Of a stretch of 64,000 nt of DNA, positions 50,354 through 61,796 are shown in pieces. The first letter of the stretch is position 1. The number at the start of each line of letters is the position of its first letter. The DNA is from Felis catus (lineage: Eukaryota). The notes under the pieces are model-generated. The model was not told the origin of the DNA and did no database searches. It was given only the letters and a program-made list of their open reading frames with translations. The position numbers and the translations under genes are program-made. Location: NCBI RefSeq assembly GCF_018350175.1, contig NC_058368.1:86678001-86742000 (forward strand). Direction: 5' to 3'.

Positions 50354-52141
50354 GGAATGTGCCTTCAGCTGTTTTAGGATGGAATGTTCTGAGCATATAT
50401 TTTAAATACATCTGTTCCAGTATGCCATTCAAAGCCATTGTGTCCCTGTTGACTTTCTGTGTAGATGATCTGTCGATTGATGTAAGTGGGTTGTTATTAT
50501 CAATTAGTTCCTTTATGTTTACTATTATTTTTGTTTCAAATGGGTGCTCTCATCTTGAGTGCATAAGTATATACAATTGTTAGATATTCTTGTTGGAATG
50601 TCCCTTTTGTAATTATATAGTTCCCTTTGTTGTCCCTTTTCACATTCTTTGTTTTAAAGTCTAGTTTCTCTGATTGTATCAAAATCAGACAAGTACAGGA
50701 GCACCTGGGTGGGTCAGTCAGTTAACTGACTCTTGGTTATGGCTCAGATCATGATCTTATAGCATTGTGAGTTCAAGCCCCACATCAGGGTCTGTGCTAG
50801 CAGCATGGAGCCTGCTTAGGATTCTCTCTCTGCCTCTCCTGCACTTGTGCTTTCTCTTTCTCTCTCAATATATAAACAAAACTAAGAAAATTTAAAAAAA
50901 TAACTAGAAAAAACAGACAAGGACATTTCAAGAAAATAAAACTATAGGCCAATTTCCCTGATAAGTATAGATGCAAAAGAAAAAAGAAAAAAAAGAAAAG
51001 AATGTGCATTCTGCTATTTTAAGATGGAATGTTCTGAGTGTTTGTTTTAAGTCCATCTGGTCCAGTGTGTCATTCGAAGCCATCGTGTACATGTTGATTT
51101 TCTGTTTAAATGATCTGTTCATTGATATCAGTTTGTTGTTAATGCCCCCTAGTATAATTGTATTGACTATATAAAACTAAAAAGATTTTGTATAGCAAGT
51201 GATCAATGAAATGAAAGAATGACCTACAAAATGGGAGAAAATATTTGCATATCATGTTATCTGATAAAATGTTAATATCCAAAATATGTACAAAATTCAT
51301 ACAACTCAAAAGCAAAAAAAAAAAAATTCCACTTGCAAAATGGACAGTGGAATTAATAGACACATTGCTAAATCAAATATTAACAAAACTTTCAACAGTG
51401 AATTAAAATAATCATGTACCATGATCAAGGGGATTTATTCCAAGGATACAAGGATGATTCAACATCATCAAACCAATCAGTGTGATACACCACAGTAACA
51501 CAAGTATGTAAATCATATGATTATTTAAATAGATGCAGAAAAACATAATTGACAAAATTCAACATCCATTCATGATAAGAAGTCAATATATTTGGTATAG
51601 AAGGAAGATTTCTGTAATAAAGGCTACATATTACAAGGCTTCAGCTAACATCATATTTACCACTCTCACCACTTTCATTCAACATTACCTGGCAATCTTG
51701 CACAAATTAGTAAAGAAAAAATAAAGGTATTTAAATCTGAAAGGAAACAAACTTTCACTATTTGCAAATAACATGACATTATTATAGAAAACTCTAAAGA
51801 TTATACAAATATTAGTAGAACTAATAATTAAATTCAGTGTAACTGCAGCACACAATATGTGAAGTTTTATTGTGTTTCTATACCATAACAATCACCTGTC
51901 AGAGAGGGAAATTAATAAAACAATTTCACAATTGCATCAACAAGAATAAAATATCTAGGAATAAATTTAACCAAGGACCTGAAAGACTTCCAGACTGAAA
52001 CTATGACATTGATATAAGAAGTTAAATCAAACACGAATAAAAGTTATTCTGTATTCATGGATTATAAGTATTATTATTGTTAAAATGTCCATGCTACCCA
52101 AAACAATCTATAGTTTTAAGGCAATTATTTTGAATACTTCA
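50354..52141. mobile_element. Mixed-orientation L1 ORF2 patchwork
   Basis: Minus EN pieces at 50355-50675 and 51000-51168; plus pieces at ~50680-50975, 51170-51362 and 51365-52141. Confidence 0.8.
50698..50908 (+). mobile_element. CAN-SINE
   Basis: TSD aaaa(t/a)cagacaag(t/g)aca. Confidence 0.92.
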
Positions 52142-52739
52142 ATGTTTCCTTTCATAGCATATTTCTGGGATTTTTTTGGAGATGCTGGCCATTTTTATAA
52201 CTTTGATATTGAGGGGAAAAGATTCTACTTTTATACAGCTGTCCTAAATGTCATCAGAAATGCAAATAAAATTTTAAATGTACAAAATTATTTGGGCATT
52301 TATTCATAACAGCCATAAACTAGATATAATCTCTTTATAAGAGTTGGTTAAGAACTATAGATATATCAATAGCCTTTGATATATGTATAGACTTCCATAT
52401 TATATAGTAAAATATATATTTTTAAGAAATTGTATTGACTTACATATGACATTGAAATATCTGAGCACATGTTGGGGAAATGTAATAACAAACATAAAAG
52501 TAATTTGTTAATCAGGTAATGAATCCAATGTTCAGAATTTATGTTACTATGTTTAGAGGAATTAATAGTCTCCTTTCAAATCACATAAAATATATTTTAA
52601 TTAAATTTTTTAAATAATTTGTCAGTATAGAGTTGTAGGTTCAGTGTTATTGTTAACAACTTTCTCCTCAATATCAATGTTATAAAAATGACCAGCATCT
52701 CCAAATAAAATCCCAGAAATCCACTATCAAAGGAAACAT
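52142..52739. repeat. Inverted repeat, ~79-bp arms (52142-52219, 52661-52739), ~440-bp spacer
   Basis: Arms align with 7 substitutions and 1 indel by hand count. Confidence 0.93.
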
Positions 52740-53139
52740 ACTAATTATTAATTTGGTGCAAATTAACTCACAAAATCATACTAGTTCTAGATTTGTGTTA
52801 TAATGTAGTCATTCATCTGTACTCAACAGAACTAATCACATTGTGTGTTAGGTTGGTTAAATCTTTGGTTTGTGTTTACTTGAACTTAGAGTCATCAAAT
52901 TTTACTATGGATCACAGACAAGAATTACACACACAGAATTCTATTTCATTCATTTACAAAGCAAGGAAAATATTTAGTAAAAGGAAGATGAAGCTGAACA
53001 CATACCTGGGAAAAAAGCATTCCAGCCAGGGGAAGCATCAAGGACAAGGTATATTTGCCATCTGAACCCTGGGAACACTACATTTGAGTGGGATAATTCA
53101 AACACAAGAAGCACCAACGGTGAAAAACAATGGAGAACA

Positions 53140-53578
53140 TTGTATATATAAACCACAATTTCTTTATCCATTCATCAGTTGATGGACATTTAGGCTCTTT
53201 CCATAATTTGGCTATGGTTGAAAGAATGAAATATGGCCCTTTTTTAGTAACGTGGACGGAACTGGAGAGTGTGATGGTAAGTGAAATAAGCCATACAGAG
53301 AAAGACAGATACCATGTTTTCACTCTTATGTGGATCCTGAGAAACTTAACAGAAACCCATGGGGGAGGGGAAGGGAAAAAAAAAAAAGAGAGGTTAGCGT
53401 GGGAGAGAACCAAAGCATAAGAGACTCTTAAAAAATGAGAACACACTGAGGGCTGATAGGGGGTGGGAGGGAGGGGAGGGTGGGTGATGGGTATTGAAGA
53501 GGGCATCTTTTGGGATGAGCACTATGTGTTGTATGGAAACCAATTTGACCATAAATTTCATATATTAAAAAAAAAAAA
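53140..53578 (+). mobile_element. Short 5'-inverted felid L1
   Basis: Inverted piece 53140-53221, sense 3' end to poly(A), and perfect 17-bp TSD aaaaacaatggagaaca at 53123-53139 and 53574-53590. Confidence 0.96.
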
Positions 53579-55485
53579 CAATGGAGAACACAGGGTTTGG
53601 CTTATCCTTATGTGACCCAAGGAGACATTAGTGTCGGTTCTACCCTTAGCTCTAAGTCTCTAAGTCTAGAATGAACTGAAGGAAGGAGAGGGAGAAAGGC
53701 AGTACACAATGTCTCTACTATGACAAAATCAGAATGACAGGTGACAGGGGTGCAACTCTGATTGGTAATATTGTAATTTGTAAGAAGTGCTCAGTTCCTA
53801 GGTATACTTTTCGAAAAGTGAGAAAATTATTGTTAAGTTATTTAATATGGCTGAAAGAGAGAGCACACGAATCCAAATTACACCAAGTAACACCCAGAAC
53901 TACTGGAAGAATACAGTGAACATAAAGCAGAAAAAATTGAGTTCAACATCAGGAAAGCCTAAAATTTTAAATTAAATAATTGTAAATTGAATATATAATG
54001 ATCAAAAGGTGTTATATATTTCCAAATAAACATGAAAACTCAGTATTTTGCTTAAATATTCTCTCCCCAAATCTGGTTTAAAAATGCTCAAGAAATAATG
54101 CTTTTTAAGTTATAACATTAAAATGACAGAGAAGTGAAAGAATATATATATTACTCTATAATATAATATAATATAATATAATATATTTATAAGTATAATA
54201 TATCATAATATATTATATTATTATATAATTATAACATATTAATATTATACATTATATACATACATACACAACATAAATATATATATCCTAAATAGAAAGA
54301 TAGATAGATAGATATAGATTAAAATAAAGCATTGTTATACATGTTATACACACATACACATATAAATGTATAACAAGCTTAATCCATCTTCATCCACTGG
54401 AGGGAGGTTGAATAGGCAAGGGTAACACTTGGGCTCAGATTCAGTGGTCCTTATTTCTATACCAAGATTATCACAAAAAATGTAGAAGTTTTATGTTTTT
54501 TGTAAGTAGTAGGGTTATCTGATTGGGAAGAGAGGTAGATTATAAAGTAGTTTGAGAAGAATTCATAATTGAGTAGATGTAAGAAAAAATAAATTTATTT
54601 TTGAACAGAAAAAGAAAAGACCAAAAAAAGAAAAAAAGTAGAAATAAAGAAAAAAATAAAAATGATACAAATACAATAAATAACAGGAATGAAAAAAAAA
54701 ATGATTGAGGAATGAGAAAAGAACAAAAGAAGAAAAGAAAAAAAGAGATTTAAGAGATGTGTTCAATATCATTTCAATGTTGGGTAATTTTAAATTTATT
54801 TATAACAAAATAAAGCGTTCCTATTGAAATTCTGTTTTGAACCAGGTCTTTCAGATGAATGCTGTCATCATCATCTTTAGATATTCTTAATTCTTGAATG
54901 AACAGTAACCACAGCAATTTTACTACTCCTTTGATGGATTTCCTCTGATACCCACCAAAAAATATTTAACTAGCATAACCAAAAAGATTCTCTAAGTTCA
55001 AATTTTAAGATTTATGCAAATAACTTGAGAAAACAAAAAAGAATGTTTTCAATGCTCAACGAATACAAACTTGCCATTTAGTAAGTAAACCTGGATACTT
55101 ACGAATAATTTAAAAAATATGAAACCTCATTTTTACTTTTACTATATTCCTAGAATAAAAGTAAAAGGTGCCATATTTTGTGACTACCCTGAAAAAATTA
55201 TGTGATCATAATGCACTTATGAATACCATGATAAATACAAATTATTTAGAATGTTACCCTAGTAAAATACTGTGATATACAATCAAAACAGGAAAGAACC
55301 ATTTAATCAAAATTTTTCAACACCCTAGACCACTACATAAGAGAGTTAAATTTTACCCTGGTACCCTGTTAGGCAACAAATTACGGAGGTTTTTTTGGAC
55401 CTGCAAAGGGAAATAGAGGCATCTCTTTGGAAATAATTATTGTCAATAAAATTATTCATTTTAATGAAATTTTACGTATTTAAAT

Positions 55486-56415
55486 TTAAAAAGGTATCCT
55501 GAACAGTTTCCCAGATATCAGTTTGCCCAAGGCCATTTGCACATCCCCGTTTCTGAGGCTGTAGATGATAGGATTCATGATGGGGGGTAACACAGTGTAA
55601 AGCACTGATATCAACACTTTCACTGAAGATGAAGATTTAAAATTTTTAGCTAAATATGTGATGCTTCCAGAAAAGATAAACAGTGTCACCACGGTGAGGT
55701 GGGGCAGGGAGGTGGAAAGACATTTCATTCTCCCATTTGCAGATGGGATTCTTAGAACGGTAGAAAAAATGTGAACATAGGATACAATCAATAAAATAAA
55801 GCATATAAACCCAAAACAACAACTACCAATTATAAATGCATATTCTAGAGTTTTCTGTCCAGAACAAGCAAGTGTGAGCAGTGATGGGACATCACAAAAG
55901 AATTGGTGCACTATGTTGGAACCACAGAAACGAACAGAAAATGTTCCTGCAGCATGAATGGATCCATAGACACACCCACTAACCCATGATGCTGTCACCA
56001 TCTGCACACAGGCACCTCTATTCATGATGGTCTCATAGTGCAGAGGACAGCAGATGGCAGCATAGCGGTCATAGGACATCACTAGGAGAAGGGTGTACTC
56101 TGTGCCAGCAAGAAAAATAACAAGGAAAACTTGTGAGGCACATCCTATGAAAGAGATGGAATGGCTGTTGGTCAAAGAGTTCATGACAGATTTGGGGACA
56201 GTGACAGAAATGTAACAGATATCAATCAAAGACAAATTCTTTAGGAAAAAAAACATGGGGGATTGAAGATACTGGTCAATGGTGGTGAGGGTGAAAATGA
56301 GGAGGTTCCCCATTAGTGCTGCTAGGTAAACCAGGAAGAGGAATGCAGCATAAAGTCTCTGTAGCACCTGATCGTCAGGGAATCCCATGAGCAAGAACCT
56401 TGTTATGTTGGTCAT
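55486..56415 (-). CDS. Intact class II olfactory receptor, family-14-like (309 aa)
   Basis: Uninterrupted ORF with an NIT sequon, FFLKNLS, ISVTVPKS, MSYDRYAAIC, HQFFCD, PHL in TM6 and PIIYSLRN. MSYDRYAAIC, LKNLS and PHL are typical of family 14. The ATG has a good Kozak context (gccactATG), with a minus-strand acceptor (tttatttctgcag) at 56449. Confidence 0.96.
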   Translation of the reverse strand: MTNITRFLLMGFPDDQVLQRLYAAFLFLVYLAALMGNLLIFTLTTIDQYLQSPMFFFLKNLSLIDICYISVTVPKSVMNSLTNSHSISFIGCASQVFLVIFLAGTEYTLLLVMSYDRYAAICCPLHYETIMNRGACVQMVTASWVSGCVYGSIHAAGTFSVRFCGSNIVHQFFCDVPSLLTLACSGQKTLEYAFIIGSCCFGFICFILLIVSYVHIFSTVLRIPSANGRMKCLSTSLPHLTVVTLFIFSGSITYLAKNFKSSSSVKVLISVLYTVLPPIMNPIIYSLRNGDVQMALGKLISGKLFRIPF

Positions 56416-56587
56416 AGTGGCTTATTTCTCAGCCACGCTAATTCTTATCTGCAGAAATAAAGATGACACTGATAACTAGTCCTTTCAGATATTGTCATAT
56501 CATCTTTACTTGACCTTTGGCAATGTTTGGTTCTGAGTGAGGTGTAGCTCATCAGAATACCAGCACAGAGATACACAGCATACAGCA

Positions 56588-56685
56588 ATAGCCCCCTACC
56601 ATCCATATTGAGATATTTACACAGAGGTCAATGAGCACATAGCCCCCTACCATCCATATTGAGATATTTACTCAGAGGTCAATGA
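56588..56685. repeat. Tandem duplication, 51-bp period
   Basis: atagccccctaccatccatattgagatatttac(a/t)cagaggtcaatga at 56588-56634 and 56639-56685, one mismatch. Confidence 0.97.
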
Positions 56686-56848
56686 AATATGGTTGGCTTT
56701 AAGGACAATTTAAAGAGGCAGAAAATCCAGTAAAGTTCCGACTGTTGGTTAGTAGAACAAATATATATATATATATATATATAGCCTTAGGAGTCTAACA
56801 GAGAGTCATAAATCCTTTCAGACAAATCTCTCTAAGAAGTAGCTAACA

Positions 56849-57053
56849 GGGGCGCCTGGGTGGCGCAGTCGGTTAAGCGTCCGACTTCAGCCAGGTCACG
56901 ATCTCGCGGTCTGTGAGTTCAAGCCCCGCGTCAGGCTCTGGGCTGATGGCTTGGAGCCTGCTTCTGATTCTGTGTCTCCCTCTCTCTGACCCTCCCCCAT
57001 TCGTGCTCTGTCTCTCTCTGTCCCCAAAATAAATAAACGTTGAAAAAAAAAAA
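56849..57053 (+). mobile_element. Very young felid CAN-SINE
   Basis: Many intact CpGs, ggcgcagtcgg/cagccaggtcacg variant, and perfect 15-bp TSD aagaagtagctaaca at 56834-56848 and 57052-57066. Confidence 0.97.
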
Positions 57054-57183
57054 GAAGTAGCTAACATACTTCACAGGTGCAGCTGAAAAAAACAAAAATA
57101 AAGTTACCTTCTATGATGACTCCTTCTAGAGATCATTGGCCAAATACTGCTCTTAACCAAAAAATAAATAAAGTAAAAATATA

Positions 57184-57410
57184 GGGGTGTCTGGATGACT
57201 CAGTCTGTTAGGCGTCCAACTTCAGCTCAGGTCATGATCTCATGGTTCATGTGTTGGAGCCCTGTATTGGGCTCTGTGCTGACAGCTCAGAACCTGGAGC
57301 CTGCTGTGGCTTCTATGTCTCCCTCACTTTCTACCCTTCCCTCGCTCATGCTCTGTCTCACTATGTCTCTCAAAAATAAATGAACATTGAAAGAAATTTA
57401 AGTAAAAAAA
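57184..57410 (+). mobile_element. CAN-SINE
   Basis: Full copy with TSD taaaaatata. Confidence 0.93.
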
Positions 57411-59159
57411 TAAAAATATAAATGTTTGTGTTTGTCAAATGAGATTAGGCAGGCAGAAGGCAGAATAGAAGAGAAAAAAACTGGGTTGTTAATTTTTCTA
57501 CTAGATATTAACATTAATGATAAAAATAGAAAATGCCCAAATTGTCACATCCTGAATATTCATGATAAATCAATTCCCATAATATGTTATTTACTCAGTC
57601 CCTATAACATAACACCACAACGGTGTCTTGACTATGACCATAAAATTAGTCTTTCAATAATCACTTAATAATGAGTCAAGGCTACTTCTATAATCTGTTG
57701 TCTCCTTGATTCTAACTTTCATTTAAACAAAACATAGGTGGTCTAGGAATACAGAGACAACAAGTTTGATAACTGGAACATTCTCCATTCTCCTTAGTTC
57801 TTGAAACAGAATGGTGAGCAATGTCATCACCAATTATTACAGGTGATATACATAGCAACATTAAAATTCCTTCTTCCTGAGGACACAGGAAAAAAAAAAC
57901 CTGGAGCAAATTTACCCCTAAAAGTATGTGCTTTTTTCTTTCTTACCATTCATTAAATGTAACAGTTCAGTATAAAGTGAGAAGAGCCAAGTAAGTACTT
58001 TGAGATGTGGCACATATTTCTGTTCCATCCCTTAATTCTGTGTTCTCATATGTGTGAAAGAAATATTTTGTCTTAAGTATCTTCTCTGAGAAGATACTTT
58101 CATTCATAATAGCTGCTTTTTCCACAATCAGCCATGCTTGATTATCTCTACAATTCACGTGTAATTGCTGAGTTGCAAGCTTTATTTCAGTCTCCAACAT
58201 TGTTCAAGTTTAATAATCTTATGGCTTTCACACGAGATTGTAGTTGCATAAATGGAATGGGAATTAATTAGAAGAAATTACCAAGTTTTTGACTGTAGTG
58301 AGCATCCCGTGAGGAACCAGAAGGCAACCTTAAAACCCAGACCTATGACAACTCAGAAAGACAATTTATTTGCTTCTTGCAATTTTCCATGCTAAGCATA
58401 TTACTACAAGTCTACAAATAGTTTCAGGATGTGCCTTTCTATATATTGATGTGTTATGAAATGAAGATTTTAATGGAAAGAGAACATTTGAATTCAAGAA
58501 TTGAAATTTTGATTGAGGACCATACATTAAGTCATGGATGCTATTTTGCTTTATTTCCTTCCAGTTCTGTTTTGGTTTTTGTTTGTTTGTTTGTTTGTTT
58601 TTTGTTTTTCATTTTTAACACAGGTATACATGCAAATGTTATCCATGTAAAATACCAAGCAATGTAGGAAACCATAATTAAAGTGAAACTTATCTCACTC
58701 CCACTTGTCTTCCCAAGGACCATAGGAGGTAGAAGATTTGGAATGTGAACCCAATACACATCCTGTGACTTTGGATACATAATCATAAAAATGCAACATC
58801 TGATATTCACCATGCATGATTTAGAAACTTACATTTTACACACAACAATATTTCACATGGCTTCCTGTTTTATGTAATAGCATACTATTAAATATTATGG
58901 ATATTCAATATTTTGGCAAGTTTATTTTCACCATCATATGTAACCTTATGATTAACATCATTTTATATACTTTGCCTGTGGATGTACGTGCATGATTCTT
59001 TGACTAAGTCTCTTGAAAGGTAATTAGTATATATACAATATGGTCATATCAATTTTTAATAGATTCTACTAAACTGTTTCTTAAAATGTGTTTAAGTGTC
59101 TATTCTTACCACATGTTCAAGCATTTTGCATTAAACAATAGATCAGACTATTTCACGTT

Positions 59160-59370
59160 GTATTTATATTTATGCATTAATTTTTTTAGAGAAGGAATGA
59201 GAGAGCATGCAAGTTTGGGAGAGGGGCAGAGGGACAGAGGGAGAGAATCCCAAGCAGGTTCCATGCTCACTGCAGAGCCCAATGCAAGACTCAATCCCAT
59301 GACTTTGGGATCATGACTTGAGGAGAAATCAAGATCCAGACACTCAACTGACTGAGCCACCCAGGGGCAC
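59160..59370 (-). mobile_element. CAN-SINE
   Basis: Antisense copy with cagacta on both flanks. Confidence 0.9.
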
Positions 59371-59396
59371 GCAGACTATGTAATATTTTAATTACT

Positions 59397-59616
59397 ATTT
59401 TTAAAAAATGCTTATTTATTTTTGACAGAGAGAGAGAGAGAAAGACAGAGCATTAGTGGGGGAGGGGCAGAGAGAGAGGGAGACAAAGAATCCTAAGCAG
59501 ACTCCATGCTCTGAGCTGTCAGCACAGAGCCCAATGTGGGGCTCAAACTCACAGACCATGAGATCATGACCTGAGCCGAAGTCAGATGCTCAACCCACTT
59601 AGCCACCCAGGCACAC
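59397..59616 (-). mobile_element. CAN-SINE
   Basis: Antisense copy with TSD tttaattac(t/c)attt. Confidence 0.93.
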
Positions 59617-59924
59617 TTTAATTACCATTTTCAATTTGTTAATATACATAAACAAAAATTTACTGTTTTAACCATTTTTAATATACAGGTAAGTGGCATT
59701 AAGTAAATTTACTATGTTGTGCAACAATCACTACCCCCCACCTCTAGAACTTTCATATTCTCAACTAAAACTGCATACCCATTAAAAATAATAACTACCA
59801 TTGGGTTTTTGATTTGCATTTCCTGATGATTAGTAATGTTGAGTAAATCTTTATGTATCTGTTGTCCATCAATACTACTTCTTTGGCCTAATGTCTATTC
59901 ACAGATTCTGTCCATTGAAAAAAC

Positions 59925-59950
59925 AATAATGTTAATTTATTCTTGAGAGA

Positions 59951-60017
<67 letters not shown>

Positions 60018-60179
60018 CATGAGTGAGGGAGGGGCAGAGAGGGAGACACAGAATTCAAAGAAGTCTCCAGACTCTGAGCTGTCAACACAGAGCCAACATG
60101 GGCCTCAAACTCACAGACCACAAGATCATGACCTGAGCTGAAGTTGGATGTCCAACCAACTGAGACACCCAGGTGCCCC
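59925..60179 (-). mobile_element. CAN-SINE with expanded (GA)n
   Basis: Antisense copy with a GA run at 59953-60000 and TSD attctgtcca. Confidence 0.93.
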
Positions 60180-60261
60180 TATTCTGTCCAATTTTTAATT
60201 GGATTCTTGGTGTTGAGTTATTTAAGTTCTCTTTATATTTTGGATCATTTTCTTTAAGGGA

Positions 60262-60730
60262 TATGATTCTGCCATTTGCAACAACATGGATGGACCTAGC
60301 AGGTGTTGTTCTAAATGAAGTAAGTCAGACTGATAAAAACAAATACCATATAATTTAACTCATATGTAGATTTAAATAAATAAATAAATAAGAACGCAAA
60401 CAAACAAACAAAAAGAAGAATCAGATCTATAATACAGAGAACAAACTAATGGTTGCCAAAGGGGATGTGAAGAGGGGAATGGGAAAAAATAGTTAAGGGG
60501 AATGGGAGATACAGGCTTCCAGTTATGAAATGAATAGGTCATAGGAATAAAAGGCACAACATGGGAAATAAGTCAATGATATTGTAATAGATTTGTATGG
60601 TGGCAGATGGTAGCTGCACTTGTGGTGAGCATAGCATAACTTACAAACTTGTAAAATCACTATGTTGTATACCTGAAACTAAAGTAATATTGTGTATCAA
60701 GTATATTAAAATAAAAATAATAAAATAAAT
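60262..60730 (+). mobile_element. Old L1 3' end (L1MA-like)
   Basis: tgccatttgcaacaacatggatggacctag ... tatacctgaaactaa..A tail. It sits among older minus-strand L1 remnants (~59625-61360). Confidence 0.85.
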
Positions 60731-61487
60731 ACCTCCCCATTAACTCTTTCTACACATGTGACAACTACTGTTGCACTTTCTGTCTCTAAGAATTTGATTA
60801 TTCTAAGTACCTCATATAAGCAAATCATACATTGTTCGTACTTTATTTCATTATAATGAAATAATGGCAAAAACTTGTGGTTTTATGTTGTATTTCTCTA
60901 ATCATTAAATAACTTACTATGTGCTTATAGGTCATCAGTATATCCTCTTTATGGAAATTTCTATACAAGTCTTTTGCCCATGTTTTAATGAGATTGTTTT
61001 TATTCTTGTTTTTCAGCTGTAGGAGTAATATATGTGTTCTGATATCAATCCTTATCAGAAATATAATTTGTACATAGTTGATAATATTGTTCATTGCAAA
61101 AATATATATATATATATTATTTCTATGAAGTCCTACTTGTCTAGTCTTTATTTTGTTGCCTGTGCTTTGTCATAACCAAGAAATCATTTCCAAATCAGTT
61201 GTCATGAAACTATACCTATGTTTTCTTCTAAGAGTTTTATAACTTAAGTTTTATTTTTAGCTATTTTATGTTTTTGCTTTCATTTTACATTATTTTTTGA
61301 GGTTAGTGTAAGGTTGGGATCTAAAATATTATTTTGCATATAGATATTCATTTTGCAGATTTAGTTAGCCAAAAATGCTCTCATTTACCTTCTAGAAGCT
61401 ATGTTTTTGTGACCAGTCAAGACACACCAAAATTACCCAAATTGCATGCAGTGTATACATTATATTTAGACTCACTATCTTTTCTTT

Positions 61488-61489
61488 TT

Positions 61490-61533
<44 letters not shown>
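61488..61533. repeat. (TTTC)n microsatellite
   Basis: About 10 units. Confidence 0.95.
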
Positions 61534-61796
61534 TTCTTCCTTTTTTTTTATCAGCTGTAGCTGGATTTTCTTAACAGCCTAAAGTTCAATTTCTCTTTTT
61601 GAGCTTGAAACTCCTAAAGCACTCTTGTAAAATTTGGTCTAATTAATATTGTTTTTACCTATTCACACATTCTCTATCATTCAGTTATTAAGTAAAACAA
61701 ACAAACAAACAAACAAATGAGCAAAAGCCTAACTTAAGCAAACCATTCAAATGCAACTGTTTTAAAATTTCTATAATTTAAATAATAATAATATAT

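Noticed and set aside
54140..54310. AT-rich quasi-palindromic tracts (also 31710-31815)
   Set aside because: Low-complexity TA-rich sequence in which the symmetry is trivial.
56849..56930. tRNA gene
   Set aside because: It is the tRNA-derived head of a SINE, followed by a CT tract, A tail and TSD.
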